DNA from: a virus
Taxonomy: Duplodnaviria; Heunggongvirae; Uroviricota; Caudoviricetes
Direction: 5' to 3' (one strand)
IMG/VR virus record: IMGVR_UViG_3300037400_002787
Span: 64,001 to 96,646 of that record
Length of the DNA stretch: 32,646 nt
The translations under genes and the position numbers were made by a program. Below are positions 26,468-32,646 of the stretch, in pieces. Position 1 is the first letter of the stretch. The number at the start of each line of letters is the position of its first letter. The notes beneath the pieces are model-generated. The model was not told the DNA's origin. It searched no databases and saw only the letters and a list, made by a program, of their open reading frames with translations.

Positions 26468-27516
26468 CAATAGACCAAGCAAATGTTCTGGCGGACAGGA
26501 TTAGGGAAGCTCCGCAACTATATGACACCCCGCCCAACTTGTCGGTAGGGCTGTCTCCTACCTATACTCCCAACCTATCGCAGCAGTATCCCTGGATTTC
26601 CCATGTAATCTACCCTAGAGACCTTTCTCTCGGTTTTGAAAGGCGTTCAAACATCTATTATTCACCACTCGGATTTTCTAAGAGAGCATATTCTTCGAAG
26701 ATAACGCAGTGGAAAGAAACCGTGCTAGATGATGTCCACGGGACCGAGCCGCGTTTCGTGACTCTTGACGACATACGTATGATGGCATATCTTGGACTTG
26801 AGTATGCAAGGGCTAAGTTGGAAGGATGGAGGTATCGGTTTGGATATCTAGGTCCTAATGAAGCTAACGATATAAAACGGGGAAACATAGTCCGCACAGA
26901 AGATGGACAAAGGTATATCAAAAGGTATAGCAACAATTCAATACCGCCGCCTACTGTGAAGTACTGGATTCCGATGATTAGGCAGAGTGGGTTTGAAGTT
27001 CCTAGCGAAGGGGCTTGGGGTCTCCCTGAAGACTACGAAGAATCTTCGAGTCCCGTTTCCGACCTTCTGTTGATAGATTCCATAGAGGGCGCGGATGACA
27101 TCGTGACCATATTGCCTTATTCTAAGTCCTCTATAGTGATGAGCGGAGGCTTCTGCATAATACTGAGTCCCGAGACTAGTCTGGATGAGAATAACCTCGG
27201 GAATTCCTTCGTGGTTTACCAACAGAGAGTGCAGCAATTCTTCTCGGTCTGGGAATATATTATTGATTCCTACGGACGAGTGGTTGGGCGAAGGAATATT
27301 ATGGACACGGCAGAGAAGCCGACAGGCGATGTTCGCTATGATACGTCCTATAAGATTGATGGACAAGGAATGAAGTTCGCCCTTAAAAAGGGGGTCTCAT
27401 ACAATGTGTTCGTCAAGTTTGACAATGCGATGATAGGAAGTGCTGACAAGATTGGAAGCAGGACGCTTGTATCCTTTCTCCGAACCGGAACGAGGACGCT
27501 TGCTCCGCGTTTCTAA
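26464..27516 (+). CDS. Hypothetical tail-associated protein, possibly a diverged fibre paralogue
   Basis: Same frame as track ORF 26446-27516; ATG 26464 overlaps the upstream stop (ATGA), suggesting translational coupling. Confidence 0.6.
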   Translation: MTIDQANVLADRIREAPQLYDTPPNLSVGLSPTYTPNLSQQYPWISHVIYPRDLSLGFERRSNIYYSPLGFSKRAYSSKITQWKETVLDDVHGTEPRFVTLDDIRMMAYLGLEYARAKLEGWRYRFGYLGPNEANDIKRGNIVRTEDGQRYIKRYSNNSIPPPTVKYWIPMIRQSGFEVPSEGAWGLPEDYEESSSPVSDLLLIDSIEGADDIVTILPYSKSSIVMSGGFCIILSPETSLDENNLGNSFVVYQQRVQQFFSVWEYIIDSYGRVVGRRNIMDTAEKPTGDVRYDTSYKIDGQGMKFALKKGVSYNVFVKFDNAMIGSADKIGSRTLVSFLRTGTRTLAPRF

Positions 27517-27565
27517 ATAGCCATCTCGTTCCGTTTCCCCTTTTTCCATTTCGGCATTATATACC

Positions 27566-30500
27566 ATGAAGACACTAGGAAGAAATGCCGACAACGACTT
27601 GTATCTTGAAGCGGGTGGACTAGCCATTTTACACGATGCCGATGCTCAGTGTGCCGTCATAGAGTCTGTTCTCCAGACGCAGAGGGGCGAACTCCAGTTC
27701 GATGAGGATGGTGGCATAGACTACTTCGGCACGGTTCTGCAGAATCCTAGATATATTGACTTCTGGGCGGGTCAGGTTCAGTCAAGAGTAGAAGCATTAA
27801 GTTTTGTCATGTCTGTGGAGGACTTCCAGTACAGATTCGACCGTGAAACGAGCACTCTCTACTGGTCGATGACTGTGATTACCACTGACAATGTTAGGCT
27901 CGACCTACAGAACAAGAAGACCGTCATAGAAGGTCGTCCCGGCATAGATGTGGACTGGAGCAACGTCTACGACAAGCCCGCCGGAATCGACGAGACCCTT
28001 GAGATGGTTGCGGACATGAGGGATGAGGCTCAAGACCTAAATGAACTTGATGCTAGGAGTACTCTGACAACAGTCAAGGACACCCTCAATAGAGTGGTTT
28101 TCGATCCCAACAACAAGAAGTATGCTGAAAGCCGCCAAATAAAGTTCAAATTCGCCGGAGTGCCGCTAGGTACTGTAATAGACTTCAGCAACCTTTCTTT
28201 TGGTCTGCAGAACACGGGTACGGCGACAGAGGAGAGGTATGTACCTTTCACCGTGGAGATTTCGGACGGCACTAAGAGAAGAAACCTTACGAATATGAAC
28301 GGCTCCGCTCTTAATGCGGAAACGAACGATGTCTGGTTTGTGGATGAAAATGCAAAGCCAGACGGAGAGGGCCACTTTCCTCCTACCCAGCGGCATACCA
28401 TCATGGTCGGCGGCACGATGGAGATTACCATTCGTGGCAACATCACATCGATCAAGAGCCAGAATGACGAAAAGCCGATATTCCTAAGGAGCGACGGAAC
28501 TCCGTTCCCTTACTTGGTGGGATTTACTGTAGGGTCTAGAATTCCACTTGAAACCATAGGGAGTGGGGCTTTCTGCGGACTCAAGAACCTCCAGACCATA
28601 GTATGGAACGAGCCCGACAACTCGACATACAACATCACGTTCGGAGACAGGGCTTTTGAGGGATGTGAATCCCTAACGGGGCTTTCATGGCTTCCCTATC
28701 GTCTAAAGACAATGGGCAACCGGTGCTTTAAGTCCTGCAAGGGAATCCTCAGCCTTGCATCATCAATCAAGACAAACAACAACACGACTTACATCAGGGG
28801 ACTTTCCACGACACTTGTGGAGGGGATACCCGAGAGCGCTTTCGAGGGATGCACGTCGCTTGGCTCGGTGGAGTATCTTCCGCCCTCGCTTGTTGCCCTA
28901 GGCAATAGGTCTTTTGCTGACTGCACTTCACTACTTGACATCGACGCACTGCCCGACACAATACAGTCCATTGGAGACGAATGCTTCGAGGGATGCTCGG
29001 GGATGCAGAAGATTCTCTATATGCCGACTTCCCTGAATACAATCGGGACAGGAAGTTTTAGAGGATGTACTTCGCTTCGCTCCCTTTTCATACCTAATAC
29101 CGTTGCCAACATAGGAAGCGAAGCCTTTGCCGGCAATACCGCCCTCACGAATGTTTTGTGCGAGAGGGTGAATGCACCCACAATCGACGAAACCACTTTT
29201 GACCAGGAAAGTCTGGACATATATGTGCCAGAGGGCTCTCTCGCCCAATACAAGGAAGCGAATGGCTGGAAGAAATACTGGGATTCTGAAAGCGACACGG
29301 GCACTATTTACGAATATGGGAAAGCCGAATTTAGGCTAGACAATGTACCGAGCGGCACGATTCTGCTTGGTAACACTAGCGAGATAGTGTCTTCTTCCAT
29401 ATGGTCTGTAGAGTACTGCGGAACCGGCGAGAGACCGCGGAGGTTCGAGTCCACGACTACCGCACTGCCGACATATGCCTTTGATGTTCAACCCAACTAC
29501 AACAATGTAGCAGGAACGGCGCTAGTGGTGATTACTGGCTACATAAGAAGTATGTCCGCTTTCTCGGAGGCATACCCGATGCTGGCAACCGCCGAAAACT
29601 CCAATCCATACCTAACAAGCATCTCTCTAAAACTGTCGAGTTCTCTGAATACGATTGGGGATTATGCTTTCGCTCAGTGTACAAATCTCGCAACCATTTC
29701 TTCCGACGAGAGCGACAATCCGTTCAGACTCGGTAACAGTGCTTTCTGGGGCTGTTCGGCGCTAGATAGCATGGAGTGGCTGAACTGCTATCCTAATCTT
29801 GGTATCCTTGAGCAGCCCGAGGACGAAGAGAGAGCATACTACCCCGCCTTTGGCGACCGATGCTTCTATGAGTCCGGGATAACGGCTATCTCATATCCGT
29901 CCGCTCATGTAGAAGAACTTCCCCCTTATTGCTTTGCCAAGACGAGAATCGCAAATCTGGAGGGAATCAAATCCTCAGTTTTGAACTCTCTGGGAGAACA
30001 CTGCTTTGAAGGATGCGAAAGTCTTACGACCATCTCCGATCTTCGCGACACGAGGGTGACGAAGATTCCAGCCTACGGATTCGCAGGCTGCACTTCGCTT
30101 GCAAGTCTTGACGGAGTTGACAACATCTCGGAGATGGAAGAGAATGCCTTCAACGGATGTGTGTCGCTTTCTACCATCGGCAACCTCTATCAGGCAACCA
30201 ACCTCACCGCACTGCCGGCACATTGTTTTGAAAAATGCACGGGACTCCAAGACCTAAACGGCATAGAGAGGATTTCAGAACTTGGAGAGTATGCATTCTA
30301 CGGGTGCTCCGGCCTCACTACATTGAATAGGATTGAACTGTCTCCGATAGACACGATTCCAGCCTACTGCTTTGCCAATTGTACCGGATTGACTATTCTG
30401 GTGGGCTGCTATTACATCAAGAATATAGGCGAAGGGGCTTTCTTTGGTTGTACGGGACTTCTTGCACCTTCGGGACTCGGTGCTTCCATAGTTTCCATCG

Positions 30501-32646
30501 GGGCTTCCGCATTCCAGAACTGCACGGGGCTGAAATTCTTCTCGTGCATTGCTCAAACAGTTCCTTCCGTCAGTCCGACCGCATTCAACGGAGTACCCGA
30601 AATAGCTCGAACCCTATATGTCAGAGACGGGATGGAATCCGCCTTTTCCAATGATGCGAATTGGAAAGCTGCTTTCCGCACGGTTTTGTCGAGGACGATT
30701 AGGATACGATATGAGAACATTGGCGGCACAACACCGGATGCCGTGAACATCAATAGCGATTCCGTTGCTTCCACGACCGTCAAGGGGTTGATTGTAGACG
30801 GCGACAATGCAATTCCGGGTGTATGGTTTGTAGACTATGGAGACGGCAGTGAACTCGTCAAACGTTACGATACTGAGAAACTTCTGCCTCACACCTACTC
30901 AGCGAGGGGTGGCTATGATGTAACTCTCTTTGGCGACATTGTGGAAGTCAAGGGAGCGGACGAGACATACTCCGAGACTGCCCACGGAGACCCCGAATCC
31001 GTTACCGTAAGTTCGTTCCTTTATCCTTTGGGCCGCTATGCATCCTCGGTTTCAATTAGTTCTCCATATCTCTCAAAGATAGGTGATTTCTGCTTCAATG
31101 GATATGGACGAACCAATGGAAACCTAGAGGTGTCCATAACGATGGAAGATAGCGGCACAATCGGTGCATATGCCTTTGCCAAGACGGTTGGGATACTCGG
31201 AGACATGTCGGTCTGCAATGCGGCCATTGTGGAGCCCTATGCATTCTACAAGAGCGGTTTGACATCTTCGGCCGCTTTCGTGTCCATAGTAGAAACAAAG
31301 ACCGGGGCTTTTGCCTACAATGAGAATCTGTTAGACCTTCTTGGTTTTTCTTCATTGAATACAATAGGCGAAAAGACCTTCGAGGGATGCATAGCCCTGT
31401 CGACCACTACGGGACTTTCTAGCACGGAGACCATCGGAAAGAGTGCATTTGCCGGATGTACGGGACTGACGACCGTAAGAGACTTTGGCGGCGGTCTAAC
31501 CAAAATAGAAGAGAGTGCATTTGCCGGATGCAACAACATTGCTACCATCTTCATGGCGCTGGAGAACCCTCCTACCTCTAACGGAAGGCTATGGAATGAT
31601 GGTGGAACGCTTGCGGAAAACGTCTTTGAGTCCGCAGTATTTGAGAATGCGATTCTTTATGTTCCCGTTGGAGCGGAAGCGAACTATGCGAACACCCCTG
31701 CATGGAACAGGTTTGACACTCAGGTGGATGGGCAAAGTCGTATCCGTTCGCGTTCTGTCATCTTCACGTTCAAGAACATAGTTGCAAACGATACCATTCC
31801 CAATGGCATATGCCTAGTGACTTCAACCGGTTCGTGGACAATCTCGTATGGCTCGCAGCAGACCAAGACCTTCACGGCCGGAACCGACATTCCCGTGCCC
31901 GAATATGTCTTCAACTCGCCCGATACGGCGAACGGGCAGATTGAAATCAAGATAAGCGGTGCTGTGACTGCCATTAAGGGAGTAGTAAAGAATAGGGACA
32001 CGAACCAATCAGGCACTCAGTCCATATTTGGCGATACGGTTGGAAGGAAACTAGTTTCCATATCGTCTTCGTCGGCTATGGAAATTTCCACGATAGGTGA
32101 AGGAGCTTTTTGGAACTGTTCGTCGCTTGAAACCGTCAAGACGATGCCCTCGGTGCAGACGATAGGGTATGGTGTCTTTCAGGGGGCAACCTCGCTATCG
32201 GATATTTCCGGTCTGTCCGAGGTAGTGGAGATAGATGCCTATGCCTTTAGCGGATGCTCTTCACTGAAAAGTCTATATGGACTGTCAAAGGTATCCACCA
32301 TAGGCGAATATGCATTTAATGGATGCGGGGTGAAGACGATTGATGCACTAGGTACGGGTATTTCTTCAATAGGCGCTTTTGCCTTTAGGGGTTGTAGCCT
32401 GAATGAAGTCCAGATGTTCGCTGAAAATCCTCCCACAATCGCCGCCACGACGTTCGACGAAACGGTGTTTCTATCCGCGCCGCTATATGTGAGGACAAAG
32501 GTGATTCCCGAATATTCTTCCGCAGATGTCTGGAGCAGATTTGCGAATATAAGGAGCAGATATCTGGAATTCAGCCTCGTCGGATGCCCGTCAAATCTCA
32601 CGGTAGCCGGCGAAGTGGGCAAGATACAGTCCAATACCTATTGGGT
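27566..32646 (+). CDS. Giant (>1690 aa, 3'-truncated) protein: gp25/W-like baseplate domain fused to tandem beta-sandwich/BspA-type LRR modules
   Basis: Translated by hand from ATG 27566; absent from the track because no stop occurs before the window end. N-terminus MKTLGRNADNDLYLEAGGLAILHDADAQCAVIESVLQTQRGELQFDEDGGIDYFGTV is W/gp25-like. Dozens of LxxIGxxAFxGCxxL repeats follow in four blocks, each closed by a PxxxxxxF..LYV..W cap. Confidence 0.9.
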   Translation, partial: MKTLGRNADNDLYLEAGGLAILHDADAQCAVIESVLQTQRGELQFDEDGGIDYFGTVLQNPRYIDFWAGQVQSRVEALSFVMSVEDFQYRFDRETSTLYWSMTVITTDNVRLDLQNKKTVIEGRPGIDVDWSNVYDKPAGIDETLEMVADMRDEAQDLNELDARSTLTTVKDTLNRVVFDPNNKKYAESRQIKFKFAGVPLGTVIDFSNLSFGLQNTGTATEERYVPFTVEISDGTKRRNLTNMNGSALNAETNDVWFVDENAKPDGEGHFPPTQRHTIMVGGTMEITIRGNITSIKSQNDEKPIFLRSDGTPFPYLVGFTVGSRIPLETIGSGAFCGLKNLQTIVWNEPDNSTYNITFGDRAFEGCESLTGLSWLPYRLKTMGNRCFKSCKGILSLASSIKTNNNTTYIRGLSTTLVEGIPESAFEGCTSLGSVEYLPPSLVALGNRSFADCTSLLDIDALPDTIQSIGDECFEGCSGMQKILYMPTSLNTIGTGSFRGCTSLRSLFIPNTVANIGSEAFAGNTALTNVLCERVNAPTIDETTFDQESLDIYVPEGSLAQYKEANGWKKYWDSESDTGTIYEYGKAEFRLDNVPSGTILLGNTSEIVSSSIWSVEYCGTGERPRRFESTTTALPTYAFDVQPNYNNVAGTALVVITGYIRSMSAFSEAYPMLATAENSNPYLTSISLKLSSSLNTIGDYAFAQCTNLATISSDESDNPFRLGNSAFWGCSALDSMEWLNCYPNLGILEQPEDEERAYYPAFGDRCFYESGITAISYPSAHVEELPPYCFAKTRIANLEGIKSSVLNSLGEHCFEGCESLTTISDLRDTRVTKIPAYGFAGCTSLASLDGVDNISEMEENAFNGCVSLSTIGNLYQATNLTALPAHCFEKCTGLQDLNGIERISELGEYAFYGCSGLTTLNRIELSPIDTIPAYCFANCTGLTILVGCYYIKNIGEGAFFGCTGLLAPSGLGASIVSIGASAFQNCTGLKFFSCIAQTVPSVSPTAFNGVPEIARTLYVRDGMESAFSNDANWKAAFRTVLSRTIRIRYENIGGTTPDAVNINSDSVASTTVKGLIVDGDNAIPGVWFVDYGDGSELVKRYDTEKLLPHTYSARGGYDVTLFGDIVEVKGADETYSETAHGDPESVTVSSFLYPLGRYASSVSISSPYLSKIGDFCFNGYGRTNGNLEVSITMEDSGTIGAYAFAKTVGILGDMSVCNAAIVEPYAFYKSGLTSSAAFVSIVETKTGAFAYNENLLDLLGFSSLNTIGEKTFEGCIALSTTTGLSSTETIGKSAFAGCTGLTTVRDFGGGLTKIEESAFAGCNNIATIFMALENPPTSNGRLWNDGGTLAENVFESAVFENAILYVPVGAEANYANTPAWNRFDTQVDGQSRIRSRSVIFTFKNIVANDTIPNGICLVTSTGSWTISYGSQQTKTFTAGTDIPVPEYVFNSPDTANGQIEIKISGAVTAIKGVVKNRDTNQSGTQSIFGDTVGRKLVSISSSSAMEISTIGEGAFWNCSSLETVKTMPSVQTIGYGVFQGATSLSDISGLSEVVEIDAYAFSGCSSLKSLYGLSKVSTIGEYAFNGCGVKTIDALGTGISSIGAFAFRGCSLNEVQMFAENPPTIAATTFDETVFLSAPLYVRTKVIPEYSSADVWSRFANIRSRYLEFSLVGCPSNLTVAGEVGKIQSNTYW

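Noticed and set aside
27566-32646. Diversity-generating retroelement or invertible cassette acting on the LRR gene
   Set aside because: No reverse transcriptase, template/variable repeat pair or invertase seen; the gene's 3' end is outside the window, so it cannot be excluded.
27517-32646. Apparent gene desert or recoded region suggested by the ORF track
   Set aside because: A single + strand frame from 27566 is open to the window end in the standard code; TAA, TAG and TGA all terminate genes normally elsewhere.

Overview
The window is the head-to-tail morphogenesis module of a contractile-tailed (myovirus-type) phage or prophage of the Bcep781/Aaphi23-like architecture; no host genes are evident. 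All real genes are on the + strand. Gene order: giant FtsK-motor protein (possibly 5'-truncated), small acidic protein, DUF2213-like head protease/scaffold, capsid cement-like protein, DUF2184-like major capsid, an AT-rich orphan tnpB cassette, neck genes, DUF3383-like sheath, two tandem tube paralogues, tail chaperone with a -1 frameshift signal, tape measure, baseplate genes, two short fibre-like genes, and a giant ORF missing from the ORF track (27566 to past the window end, >1690 aa). That last ORF fuses a gp25/W-like baseplate domain to at least four tandem [beta-sandwich + BspA-type LRR] modules. The most unusual points are the W-LRR fusion, the FtsK alpha/beta motor with a GspF/PilC-like motif among head genes, a shared DEAP motif in four head-region proteins, and the transcriptionally insulated TnpB. 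Family assignments come from motif recognition and synteny by eye; no database search was run, and the host cannot be determined.
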